The translations under genes and the position numbers were made by a program. 64,000 nt of DNA from Octopus sinensis (Eukaryota): the NCBI RefSeq assembly GCF_006345805.1, contig NC_043006.1:8494001-8558000 (forward strand). The letters are read 5' to 3'. Every line of letters starts with the position of its first letter. The stretch's first letter is position 1. The notes beneath the pieces were generated by a model. The model searched no databases, was not told where the DNA came from, and worked only from the letters and a program-made list of their open reading frames with translations. Positions 27,342 through 41,314 of this stretch are shown here, in pieces.

Positions 27342-27945
27342 TATTATTATCATCATCATCATCTTATTATCATTATCATCATCATCATCATCTTATTATC
27401 ATTATCATCATCATCATCATTATCATTTTCCCGTGCGGTATCGGAAAAATACACATTTCGAGCGGTGGCAACATCTTGGGATCTTCACAAAATGCTTGCT
27501 GAACAGGGTTTCTTCGCTCAACAGGATACAAAAGGCTTCTTCAAAGCACAGGTCATATGCTCGGATGATATATCATACGGGTGTAAATGTGTTATTATTG
27601 AGCAGTCCTATCCTTTTTTTTCCTTCTTTTAATCTACATATTAGGTCCGCTAGTGATATTACATGCCACCGGTTTATCTTTCGGAATGAAGAGATATTGT
27701 TACAATAACGGGCCTTGAATTGGTTTTTGGAGGCTCCTACGTATGCATATTTATATTGTCCTATAGTGATTGTGTATTTGTAGACAACTAAAACTCATAA
27801 CTCACGGAAACTGTTACAAACTTAGATACCTGCAAGCCTGCAGAACCACGTGCGTAAAAACAATTCTAGGGATTGCAAATACATCTCCAGCCGCATTCAT
27901 TCTGGTTGATAGCAACTTATACAATTATATAGATAAGTGTGTGTG

Positions 27946-27977
<32 letters not shown>

Positions 27978-28946
27978 CATGGATGGGTCTGTGTGCGTCT
28001 TAGTCATTCCAGAAGTTTGCATATGTATACGACTTTGTGTCTTCATCTTATTGAAAATTTTGTTAATATATATTTGTCTTTTTATTAATTCTGCTCTTTA
28101 TAAAAGGTCAACATCCAACAGGTATTTTAGGCACTAAAAAAAGCATTCTCCTCATACAGAGATATGACCCATCATCATTCATGGCAACCCTCAGTAGTTT
28201 GGAATTCTTTGGAATAATCATCACAAATATTGAAACAATCGCAGTATGCCGCATTCATCTGAACCAAATATTTAAAATAACTTTTAAACGTTTCTCTTCT
28301 TAGCTCTTACGATATCTATGAGGGAAACGGTACCAGTTACAGATAGAATGCTAAAGCTGTTAACAACTGGAATCCAGAAAGCAGAATGATTTCACAGAAA
28401 TATTTAGAAAGAAATAGAGAAATATTTACCCATATAATCATTAACGTGTACACATAATTGAACAAATATATGTAAATAATGTTGATGTGTATTATTTACG
28501 TATATATAACATATTTAAAGGATAAAACCATTAAAATTAATTAAATTTATCAGGTGTATATATATATATGTATATATATATGCATATACAAACATGTATG
28601 CAAATATGCATGTATATAAATATATATATATATATAGATATATAGATATATACATATATATATGCATATATATATATATATGTATATAAATTATATATAC
28701 ATATATATGTATATATATATATACATATATATATATGTATATATATATATATGTATATATATATACATATATATTATATGTATATATATATATATATATG
28801 TATATAAATATTATATATACATATATATGTATATAATATATATATATATATATGTATGTATGTATATATATATGTATATATATATATGTATATATATATG
28901 TATATATATACACATATATATATACATATATATGTATATATATATT

Positions 28947-28988
<42 letters not shown>

Positions 28989-29849
28989 ATATATAATATA
29001 TTATATATATATATATATATACATGTATATATATGTGAATTTGAGGCTGTGTGCGCCCGTGTGTAAAAAAACATAAGTATTTAGCAATTTTATTGAAAAA
29101 ATATGAAAATAAAAACATGTAGGCGATATGATTACTCCAACTATGGCCACCACAGGACATTTAAACAGTCAAACTATATCCAATATTCAGTATGCGACAC
29201 ATAACGCTGCAAGAGATATTAGGAGAACTTACTGACGAAGATGTCGCGAAGGCAGTTTTGGGCAACTGAAAGAACAACATGCAAATATGGCAATCACAGT
29301 TTTCATGCAAGAAAGATGAAAATATTTATTATTATTCATATTTCTTTATACTGGTTTCAGTACATCTTTCATTATTAGTATCTTTATATATGAGTATTGA
29401 AATATTTTTGCATGGTCATTTTTCTACTAAGAAACATACGCGTTGGTTCTAATTTATGTTTATCAATATTAGTCAACTCAGCAATCAATAACCTAATAAG
29501 GTATTCACTTACATAGTCTTTCAGAAAACCAGTGAATCGCATGGTTTAGTTTAGCACGTGTGTTGCCGGTCGCACTCGAATCAATAACGTGTGCGTATAT
29601 GGTGGTGAGTATGCTAGGAACAATAGTTTATTTTTCTGTTATGACTGATGACTTTGTGAGCATTTCGTGAGACTTATGTAATACTGTGGTTGTGAGACTG
29701 TGTGTATGCGGGTGTGCTACACTTTTTCATTTATATTTCACAAATCATAATATATTTCATGTTACTATTGTCCATGATCTCTATAGTGTGATACGTCTTA
29801 AGAGTGTAAGAACATTTTCCAAAATGTGCTTACATACATGCATACATAC

Positions 29850-29904
<55 letters not shown>

Positions 29905-29936
29905 TATATATATGTATATAACTATATCTATATCTA

Positions 29937-29967
<31 letters not shown>

Positions 29968-30235
29968 TATATATATATATATATATATATTTGTATATAT
30001 ACATATATACACATACATACGTATATGTGTAAATGCGTCTGTGTGTTTATATCTCGACTCGCAAAATCACATACTCACACACAGATAGATACACACACAC
30101 ATATATATGTATATGTATATATACATATGTATATATATATGTATATATATATATACATGTATGTATATATATATGTATATATATATATACATGTATGTAT
30201 ATATATATGTATATGTATACATGTATGTATATATA

Positions 30236-30277
<42 letters not shown>

Positions 30278-30899
30278 CCATTTCCACATTTCCGCACACT
30301 CGGTTTCGACTCATCTAAACTGGTGCCAAACAGGAAGTAGAAGCAATGTGTATGTTTCTTAATAGCAAAATGACCGTCTCAAGATACACCAGCATGTATC
30401 TTGACGTTAGTGTTCGCATGAAAACAAATATAAACTATTTCATATGTACATATATACATACATATATACATACATTCATACATATATAACAGTCGATCAA
30501 CGATGAGAGTAAAGATATTATATTGAAAACCACATATCTTGTTAATTACTGCTACCCATGGTCTTCTTAGCGAAATATTTCGCCACTTCGCTATATTTCA
30601 AGTTGATAAAAACAATATAGTTTATGAGCTTCGTCCGAACCTCTTGTCTGAAGGGAACGTTCATATCGAAAGAGACAGGAAGAAACACGGAGAAAAACAC
30701 AGGGGATTCAACCAAAGATACGACAAACATTACGTATATCAAATTCCGTAAACAAGATTGGAATGGTTTAAGATTTGTTCGCTTGTCTACGAATAATTTC
30801 CACAAAGATGTACACTTTTAAATTGAAACCCCAAAGAGAAAATGTCATTCATGGAATTTATAGTAATTGGGGGCTCTAAGTTCTTTAAAAGGTACGGTT

Positions 30900-31650
30900 T
30901 TTCGAGTTAACATATCGGCCATCTATTTTACACGTTACTACAAGCTTCAATATTGGAAAGAATTTACTAGCTGATGTCGTAATAAATGATTCCGTCTTTA
31001 AGTTTCCAGATTAATGCCGAGAGGGTTGTTGCATGCTACTTTCCGCGATGCGCAAAGGTTGTTGTATCTGGATATAAATTTACTTCCACTGGTCCTATAT
31101 AACCTTTGATCTATGTTCGACCGTTGCCATAGATTGCTGAAGCCTGTTCCCATAAACAACGAAGGTTTTATCGCATGACTGCCGAATAGGACATTTAGAT
31201 ATCTGAATGTGAATTCCGTGCAGGTTTGAGATGTCAGTTGTTTATCAATATGTCTTTACATTAGAGAGGCAGGAAAGAAAGTAATTTCAATGATGTATCT
31301 ATTAAATATCCTTCTGTAGCTGCTAGGAAACTGAGTAAGTAGTAAGTGCAAGAAATTTTACCTACATTTCTCCTAACATTTAGGGAGTAAGGAGATGCGA
31401 ACTATAAAACTTTATGAGCCCTATTCTTATAACCAGATGATTGATGAGGTGGAGTGTTATAAAAAAGTTATCAGCAAAGCGGTTGTCCTGTAGATCCTTA
31501 TCAGAATATGGGAAAGCCTTTACAAATAATTTCTAGAAGGATGAAGTAACCCTAGGACGGAGACATCCATTTCACCGAAAGATCATAAACCTGACTTTCA
31601 TTACAGAGCAAAATGCAGACTCGTTAGCCTCGCTTAAGCTGAAGTAGGTT
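30900..31650 (+). mobile_element. Highly decayed RTE-type reverse transcriptase fragment
   Basis: Broken motifs SECEFRAG...M(V)FTLRE.QE, GVR...MSPIL and ADSLA, matching xQxGFR/DMVFTLRQLQEK/GVRQG/YADD. Confidence 0.45.
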
Positions 31651-31779
31651 TAAAAAGAAAAAAAATTAGAAATACTAATGATAAAATTAAGGATTCTTTC
31701 AACCTGTTGCTATGGAGAAATCCTGGTTAGCTGTATTTCACAAGACTTGTGGTTTTCATAATAATAATGATAATATTAA

Positions 31780-31813
<34 letters not shown>

Positions 31814-31848
31814 TTAATAATAATAATGATATATATATATTATATATA

Positions 31849-31883
<35 letters not shown>

Positions 31884-31926
31884 ACAATAAAATAATAGTA
31901 ATAATGATAATATATATATATATATA

Positions 31927-31940
31927 TGCCCTTATTTATG

Positions 31941-32000
<60 letters not shown>

Positions 32001-32145
32001 CATAAATAAGGGCAAACGAAAAAATTTCTAATGCCAAATAGTAGCGTGCGTATTGTGAAAACATTATATCGTTAATGGACAATATGTCCAATTTTTCGGC
32101 ATATTTGGCATTAGAAATTTTTTCGTTTGCCCTTATTTATGAATT
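31927..32145. repeat. Perfect 44-bp inverted repeat (31997-32040 / 32102-32145) plus an 18-bp third copy (31927-31944) across a (TA)n tract
   Basis: aattcataaataagggcaaacgaaaaaatttctaatgccaaata and its exact reverse complement. Confidence 0.92.
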
Positions 32146-32248
32146 GTTTATAATTTTAACCTTTAAAGGTATTTTTTAATATGCTGGCCATTGATAAAAG
32201 TTTTTGGGGAAAAGAATTTTTTTCGAAAAAAATTTTATCCTACATTAG

Positions 32249-32306
<58 letters not shown>

Positions 32307-32329
32307 TGCATATACACATGTGTGTGTGT

Positions 32330-32575
32330 GAAGGCACTTGGCTTAGTTAGATGTTCGACTCACAATCTTATGGTTATGATTTCGATTCCTGCCAGTGTGA
32401 TGTGTCCTGTAACAAGAATAGCATTTTCACATTCTGTGCTACGCTGAACCTCTCCGAGATCTACGTTAAGAAGATGCGTGCTCAGCCACCTTGTACTCTA
32501 ATTTCACGAGAAACATGTTCGGTGATCAGATCAACTGGAAAACTCGTCGTCGGTACGGACGCAGTGTCACCTCAT
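32330..32575 (+). mobile_element. Degenerate tRNA-derived CORE-type SINE
   Basis: gaaggcacttggcttagttag...ttcgattcc...gtgtcctgtaacaagaatagcattt follows a (GT)n tract. Confidence 0.6.
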
Positions 32576-32759
32576 ATAAGCACACCTATATAATTTAATT
32601 GTATAGCTCTTGTATGTTGGGACAAGCTTATATACAACAACAAACAATCAAACGATAAATTAGTACTGGACTCAGGTGCAAGTGCATGTATTTTATAACG
32701 GTTTCACTCAGCTCTGTTTGATTTAAATTTCAATAATCGTTTAGACACATCTATCTTAT

Positions 32760-33400
32760 TACATGTTTGAAGGAGGAGTGGAGGGTGTCTAAAAACTGAA
32801 GATGGCTTCTAGTTGTTTTTGGCCTATACCAACCATGCAAGTTATGAGATATTAATGCTGTCCTATTTTCCACGTGTTGTGGCAAGTTATTGACAGTAAT
32901 CTCGTACCACTATGATGGTAGCCACCGACGAAAATAGTTAGGGACATACATTTCGTGATATTGTGTGTTGCACAATGTTGGCTCGAGACCATTCAGCCTT
33001 CACACAAAATAGATTTTTAATACATTGGCGTTAGCAGTCTTTAGAGCGGAGTAGCCATGTTCATGATATTTGGTTACAACTTGGTTTGCATAACCAGCAT
33101 CTCTAAGCTGTAGTCTGTACGGTGGCAGTGTTTAAATACGCTTATTTTTTTGTGGGACTGATATGCCCAGGATGGCATTCGCGTGGTGTCGCTAGTTATA
33201 ATGTGTAATGTCATTAACAGACGTAGACAAATGGCAACCATAATATAGTTCCTTCTTATTAATGGATAATATGTGTTTGTGTATATGTGTAGCTTGATAA
33301 CAGCATTAAAGCCACCAGATTTGAGCTGAGCAAAGACAAGAATATATTTTAAAACCAACATGGAGAAAATTCTCTGATAATTCACGTACGAAAGAAAGAG
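32760..33400 (-). mobile_element. Highly decayed RTE-like LINE fragment
   Basis: HKKISVFK...DYSLE..VMQTKL resembles the RTE TKIxVF...LYGxExW region; many stops. Confidence 0.35.
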
Positions 33401-34198
33401 GTCATATTTTTACTACTAGATGCTACTAGATGCAGTCGTATAATGACAATTTAGTCATGCTTTAAAAGAAGAGATAAAAATAAATTAAATTATATTCATC
33501 GCTTATGACATTAGATTCGTAAATTCACATACTTTTCTGACAAAACGCTGGCGCTGCTGGTAGCTGTTTTCCTTCCTATGGATGATGGGCAGGAGTCATG
33601 AAAGTTTTAGCAGTGTAGCTGCCTTTTGTTCCTCACAACGAATGTTAGTATTAAGGTGTGTCTATTAGTATAATTTCAGCAATTTTAGTTGTCGCAGTAG
33701 ACGTATCAAATTAGTTTCACTAGTAGGAGTAGCAGCTTCTGTTGTTGTTGTGGTAATAGTAAAGGTTGTGGAAATGGTAGTAACCGTAGTTGTAATGAGA
33801 GTAGTTTGATCATTGACATCAGAAGAAAAGTGGCCATACTCGCAGTATAGCGCATAGAAAAAAAGATTTTATAATAAAACAATTCATTTTTGAGAAAGAG
33901 GTGATTTCTGTGTAGTAACAACTGGAATTGACACTTGGGACTACTACAAATCTAGGTATACGTTAGTTAGAAATTACGGTATATCAAAAAAGAATCACTA
34001 GAAAATGAGAATTTATTCTTTAAATGTATACTAGAAAATTGGAAAAAGGCGTCTACTATTGCTACTACGGCCATTGGATCCAATCATAGTATGGAAGGAG
34101 AGGAAGAGCGAATCTAGCTAAATCTTTGATGCTACAATTTCGCCACCATTTCTAAAATCACACTTCTGTTGCTGCTGCTTCTACTAAAAGAAATACTA

Positions 34199-34199
34199 T

Positions 34200-34265
<66 letters not shown>
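34199..34265. repeat. (ACT)n microsatellite within cryptic triplet-derived sequence (33690-34440)
   Basis: Direct reading. Confidence 0.9.
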
Positions 34266-34665
34266 AGTGATGACGACAAGTGAGACTAATTCCAGCGCTT
34301 CTACTACGATCGTTACCATTGCTGCTACATCTAATAGCGACTCTTTTGGTATCACTTTCCCAGTAAAGAACATATGACAACTCCCATTACTAAAGGTGAC
34401 ACGACTAATACCCATCAGCATCGCAAAGCATACAGCGACCAGCAGCTAGTTAATAAAATTGATAAACGTATTTCAAAGTATTTTGATTTCTGTAAAAGAG
34501 TGACTAAATCTTAAAAACAGGATTGAAGCAGGTAGTACATTTCGATGAGACTGCAAATATATTTTCTTTTGTTTATGATCTCTCAAAGAATTTTCGTTCT
34601 TGGTAAAAATTTTCTTGTATGAAACTCTTGTTTATTCAATATATACACAAGCATCATACATACAG

Positions 34666-34733
<68 letters not shown>

Positions 34734-34790
34734 TATGTATATGCATACATTAATACATACACACACATAACATACATATATATGTGTGTA

Positions 34791-34831
<41 letters not shown>

Positions 34832-35123
34832 TATATTATATATATATATATATACAGACGCACATTGGTAAAGACATTTTGTAATCACACACATAAATAG
34901 ATTGTTATTTATATAGCTTTAAGCTATATAATTGAATCAATTGTTAAGTATTCCGTACACTTCCTTCAACAGAGCATAAAGAAACAAAATTGCTTTAAAC
35001 ACACACACACACACACACACGTAGCAGCTCACACTTGTATGTATGTAATTGTACGAGTATACACACATCGGTACAAATATAGGAAAAATACATCGATATA
35101 TATGCATGTATATATACATACAC

Positions 35124-35165
<42 letters not shown>

Positions 35166-36080
35166 TATATATTATATTATATATATATATACATATATAT
35201 ATACATATATTATATATATATATATATATATATAAATTACATACACACATACGCACACACGCACACACACACACACACACACATATATTCTTTACTGTGT
35301 AGCACTTGACTACTGAACTATTGAAGTCTATTTTCGTAGTTTCAAATTCAATAAATCATATGAATTTTGTAATTAATTCATGAACAATTTAAAGAATGAC
35401 GTCTGTTGTGTGCTGTATCAGCAATTTTCTTCCGTCAGTAAGACATGCATGTATGGCTTCTCTGCTCTCCGTTAATGATATATTTTTCCCTGTGTGCATG
35501 CATATGTGAATTTATATATTTGTACGTGTGCTTCTGTGTGATGCTGATGGAAAAAAATATTTTAAGACAAAGCATTTGAACATTAGTTCCAATGTTATTC
35601 TTTCACTGTTTACTATAAATCATAAATGTTATTTATATAAGTTAGAGAAAAAGAAATGTGTAACTGTTAGTTTTTAAATGTAAAGTTGGCAAAAATCTTC
35701 AGAAGTCAAAACAAATATTAGAGAGGAAACGAACGATTAAACTGTAAAAAAATATAGAAGCATTATTAGTTATGATGAATTTAGTATAGTAAATATAATA
35801 AAGAAGTCTAAAATAAATAATATACATACACTATAGAAATGTAGAAATAAGCATTTAGGAACAATACATACACACACGTAATTAATTATATACAATTATA
35901 TGTACATATATTTATTCAGTCATACACATACACGCACGTGCAGTTTGTATTAAGCATTGTAATGTTTATCTCTATAGATTTTCTATAGAGAGGTAGCACT
36001 ACAGGATGCGACGTTTCGTCTACGGATATGTTTCTGTAAACAAAGTGATCCGATATGGAAAATAAATAGGTAATGGATTT

Positions 36081-36488
36081 ATATATCCATACTAGCAGTA
36101 TCGCCCGGTGTTGCTCGGGTTTGTAAGGGATATAACTATATAAGCATTTTTAGAGGTGTAAAGTATAATAGCCATCTCAATATGGCTAACCACAAAGGGG
36201 TGGGGGTGTTACTGTAGCTTTTTACGTTCTGAGATTTAATAATACATTTTTAGAGAGTTACTTCCCTTATATATGCCAAAGATGCATTAAAAATGGGAAA
36301 AATTGACGGTAATTTTTTTTTATCGTAGACTCATCGTAGACGCGCGCTAATACCCAGAAGGGCTCGATATGAATCACGACTATAAGATACCCGGTTTTGG
36401 TTAAACTGCACCGCAAAATGTGGGAGTAGTTAGGAATCTAAATCGTAGGAGACAGACAGCACACAACCTCTCTTTTATATATAAAGAT
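36081..36488. mobile_element. Helentron-associated / Lep1-like non-autonomous rolling-circle element
   Basis: Starts actagcagtatcgcccggtgttgctcggg (short hairpin) and ends gacagacagc...cttttatatataaagat, the end pattern typical of HINE/DINE-like elements. Confidence 0.55.
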
Positions 36489-37579
36489 TTCATATAGGTA
36501 TTTCTCTTTCATCAGCACCACTTCCAACTCATCAAATTTATTCCAATGCAATGCTTAAATAACCACTGCTCATGTTTTGTCGATTGCATTGTTTACATGG
36601 ACATATTCGTATACGAAACGTTGTAGATTCCAGTGCTAGCTCTAAATTCTATTGAAAATCTATTGAGTTTATCTTGAAAATGAAAACATCGCACTGCTAA
36701 AACAAATATAAGACACCATATTGACTAATAAACTTTTCGTATAACTGGTAGTACATTACGGTTGCAAGATGAAATAATTGCAAGCAACGAAGTATTTATA
36801 CCTTATACGTCTTCATCTCATATCCTACCGCTCTCTCTCTCTCTTCCTCTCTCCCTCTATGTCTGTCTGTCTTATACACCCCACCACATATATGTACATC
36901 TGTGTGTGTGATTGTAAGTATATTTGTGTGTTTGTAAGTGTATTTGTAAATGTGTCTACGCGTATATGTCCAAAACAGTGATAATGCTTATAAATCTGAA
37001 GGCCATTTCCTAACACTGTCTATGTGTTTATAATATACGTCATTTAAACTCTATAAAAACTTCCTAATCAGAACAAATGTAGTTTATTATTGATTAACCC
37101 CAGGAGCTCTCTGGGAAATCCCCATGAATCAAACCTAGATTTCTACTTTCTTTTAAAGACATAATTTATCTAGAAGGAAATTATTCTATGATTCCTTCAG
37201 ACTATAAATTAGATTTCGTTTTGTGATAAATTTGTCACTATTCAAAGGGAAATACGTTGACAGAAATAACTCAGACTAGCTTGCGGTGCGAATTTAAAGA
37301 ACAAATATACTTATATATGAAATACCATACATCATTAAGGGTTGATATATTAAAATTATCTCCACCTCCAGAGGATATATCATGATTAACTAATGGTGAC
37401 TATATTTTACCTCTTCCAACGAATATAAAAACCATATGTACGCGCATGTATTCGCATATACAAAGGCGTACATTGTCACAAATTGCTTTATATATTTCTT
37501 TCTCTGTAAGTATAATGACTTGTACACGCAAGTACCCGTGAGATTCGGTTAGCCACGGTATCTATACATTTAGTCAGTC

Positions 37580-37906
37580 GTTAGCACGCCGGGCTAAATG
37601 CTTAGCAGTATTTCGGGGGTCGATTAAATAAGTACCATTTACGCACTGGAGTCGATGTAATCGACTTAATACCTATGTCTGTCCTTGTTTGTCTCCTCCA
37701 TGTTTAACCCCTTGTGGGTAATAAAGAAATAGGTATTTCGGCTGCCGTTTCGTTCTGAGTTCAAATTCCGCCGAGGTCGACTTAGTCTTTCATCCTTTCG
37801 GGGTCGATTAAATAAGTACCAGTTACGCACTGGGGTCGATGTAATCCGTTTGTCTGCCCTTGTTTGTCTCCTCTGTATGTAGCCCCTTGTGGGCAGTAAA
37901 GAAATA
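37580..37906 (+). mobile_element. Dimeric SINE family A insertion with 23-bp direct repeat (TSD)
   Basis: ggtatctatacatttagtcagtc at 37557-37579 and 37907-37929. Two SINE units are joined at aaataggtatttcg. Confidence 0.9.
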
Positions 37907-38337
37907 GGTATCTATACATTTAGTCAGTCCGGAAGCTTATTCCTATATGCATAAATTCAAAGTAGTTTAATGCTGACAAAATTTATTTCAAATACACAAA
38001 AGATCTTCAGCAATATTTTATCCGTTGATTGTCATGATCTTCACGATAATAAATTTATCTGTATTATAATTCCCGTCTTCTGTTTAAGGAAAATAATACG
38101 CGTGACATTATTTCTGATTCTACAGCTTTGAGCAATTGGTTGTCCTTTGTTATAGAATAATTTTCGTAAAGCTATGCATGAAAGGATTTATATATTTATA
38201 TAAATAAATTCTTTCCTATTAATTCCTTTATATTAATGACAACATAGATTTCATTATCTAGTTGTATTGTTAGAGGAGTGTGTACAGTGTTATATGAGTG
38301 TCCATAATATTACATGTTGAAATATTCATTACTCATA

Positions 38338-38490
38338 GGGTAGCGAGCTGGCAGAATCGTTAGCGTGCATAACGGTATTTCGGCTGCCATACGTTCTGAG
38401 TTCAAATTACACCAAGTTCGACTTTACCTTTTATCCTTTCGGGATCAATTAAATAAGTGCCAGTCACGCACTAGGGTCGATGTAATCGAC
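38338..38490 (+). mobile_element. SINE family A copy, 3'-truncated
   Basis: gagctggcagaatcgttagc...gagttcaaatt...ggtcgatgtaatcgac. Confidence 0.8.
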
Positions 38491-38623
38491 ATTACTCATT
38501 AGTATTCCTTTATCTATATGTAGAGAATAAAAGCTATAAAAGCTATACGTTGCTTTCAATACGAGTTTACAACACAACTTGGGTAATCTGTCATTTTATT
38601 TATGAGTAAGCCAGTGCGACAAT

Positions 38624-38697
38624 TACACACACACACACACACACTTGCATATATAACTATATCAGTATCTCCCTCCCTTTCTGTCTCTCTCTCTCTA

Positions 38698-38740
<43 letters not shown>

Positions 38741-38809
38741 ATATATGTATATGCATGTATATATATATATATATATATATACATATATATACATATATAC
38801 ATATACACA

Positions 38810-38847
<38 letters not shown>

Positions 38848-38898
38848 TATATAACTATATCAGTATCTCCCTCCCTTTCTGTCTCTCTCTCTCTATCT

Positions 38899-38934
<36 letters not shown>

Positions 38935-39020
38935 ATATATGTATATGCATGTATATATATATATATATATATATACATATATATACATACATATATACAT
39001 ATATACACACACATACATAT
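38624..39020. repeat. Tandem duplication of a ~200-bp microsatellite-rich unit
   Basis: The unique core cttgcatatataactatatcagtatctccctccctttctgtctctc occurs at ~38644 and ~38842. Confidence 0.9.
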
Positions 39021-39100
39021 ATATATACAAACACAAACACACAAATGAGTGGACAAACAAAAGATGAAGGGAACTCAACATATCACGTATATCTCATTAA

Positions 39101-39598
39101 TTGAAACCGCTTTAATTCTGATCCATGTGACTTGAAGCTTCGCTGGTTTCTTACAGAAACGTAGCTCGTTCACGCCAAGATGACCGAATGGAAAGGGACA
39201 AGAATTCAACGACGTCTTGGTGTCTGGTAGACCTTTGGAGAGAACTAGAAGTAGACGGAAGCAAGGTCGCCAAGTGAGTGTGCATGTGCGCGCGCGTGCT
39301 TGCGTGTGTGTGTGTGCATACCAGACGAGTATGGTATGTATACACACAAATACACATATTGCCCTTTCTAGCAACGTGGTGTAAAGATGTTTTGCTTTTT
39401 AATGCATCTGCTGCCGCTGAAATGTCGCTCTCACATCTCAAAACAGTATGCGACCCTCTTTGACCGATAGGAGCTCATTTTTCGGCAGCCATCTTGCATT
39501 TACGGTACTTCAGTGAGTCTTGTGAGACTGAAGAGCTAGCTTTCTGCAAGAAGCCCGTGAAACTTAAAGCCACAAGGAACCGAGTGAAACGGTTTTAC
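39101..39598. repeat. Diverged ~85-bp inverted repeat pair (39101-39182 / 39517-39598) carrying hammerhead-like cores
   Basis: The reverse complement of the left arm (tgaacgagctacgtttctgtaagaaaccagcgaagcttcaagtcac) aligns with the right arm (tgaagagctagctttctgcaagaagcccgtgaaacttaaagccac). Confidence 0.7.
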
Positions 39599-39648
<50 letters not shown>

Positions 39649-39696
39649 GATGATCATAATAATAATAACAATAACAACAACAATGAAAATAATATG

Positions 39697-39741
<45 letters not shown>

Positions 39742-40563
39742 ATATTTTTTTATATATATATATGAATATATATATTTATATATACATATATATATTTGTG
39801 TATATATATATATATAATATTATAGATTCACACAGTGTGTTTGCATGTGTGCTGATAAATAGGCAGTTAATAGATTCATACTTTTGACCATAAATTCAGA
39901 GATAACATTACTATAATTTAGATCATTATGATACATTACATAATTATTGAGAATAGTTTATTTAATGTGTTCATTGAACAATAGGTTTTACTTCTCACAT
40001 GAATGCAAGTAAGAATCATTTCATGAAATATATAAGTATTAATTATTATTGTATATGTCATTGATGTAATGAGAATTAATATACAAATTCCAAAGTTTAG
40101 GTTCCGCACTTATTACTGCATTTATGTAATCGTACACCCATGCAAACACACACATATAAAGATAGCTAAATTTTAAAGAAAATTTATTAATTATAAAAAA
40201 AAAATATTTAAAAACTGTGAAAACGCAAGCATCTCAATGTAAAAGGGATTTTGCTTACAAATAAAAAGTGCTTCTCTCTACATTTATGACTTGTATTTCC
40301 AGCAATTAAAAAATAATTAATATCAAATTCAAATGTATCTTCCTTCAAATATTGTGGCATGTCAATAAATCAATTTAAAACATACACACACACGCATATA
40401 TATGTAAACTTATGCCTCTGTGCATGCATCTTTGTATACATATGTATATACATATGTGTGTGTGTATATGTATATATATCTATCTATCTATATATATATA
40501 TGCAAAGCAATACCATGGGAAGCATATCGAACAATTATTGTTGTTATTATGTATGTAAATATG

Positions 40564-40620
<57 letters not shown>

Positions 40621-40674
40621 TGTATGTATGTATATATAAATGAAAATACATACATGAACACGTGTGTTTATATA

Positions 40675-40788
<114 letters not shown>

Positions 40789-41314
40789 AATGGCTTGTGT
40801 GTGTGTACGTGTTTGTACGTAGATACGTAAAGGTATATTGATACAGTGCTTGTACAAAAATAACACAGGGTGTTTGTATATTCAATATAATGTGCAAGCG
40901 TATGGTTTACACTTATCGTAGTTAAATTTACGATCTTCTGCTTTCCTGATATCGCACGTTAAGAGAAAAATCAAAAATTATAAGTAATAACATATAAATA
41001 GTTATTGACAAAAGTTAAAAGCAGAGAGAACGTGGGGATTCACGGATCTGGAATAAAACAAATATGAATGAAAAGCGAAAAATGCGATCTGTGAAGGATT
41101 CACTGTTTACAAGGTTTACGTATCCAATTTTATGGAAATGAGAACATCCTTGTTGGCCTTTAACAAGCTATTTGATGCTGAGTTATTCCTACACACACAT
41201 ATATACATACACATTCTCTTTTTCTCTCACAAACACATATGCACATATGTATATATATGCGTGTATGCTTGGGTGTATTTATGAACGTGTGTGTGCGTGT
41301 ATATATGTATGTTT

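Noticed and set aside
27433-27720. Possible Penelope RT fragment on the minus strand (IIRAYDLC motif)
   Set aside because: A single short motif; too weak to call without a profile search.
29640-29680. ctgatga motif
   Set aside because: No downstream GAAA or pairing stems.
33690-34440. Thr/Ser-rich mucin-like reading frames in opposite orientations
   Set aside because: Short, interrupted by stops and without splice signals; explained by decayed (ACT)n triplet repeats.
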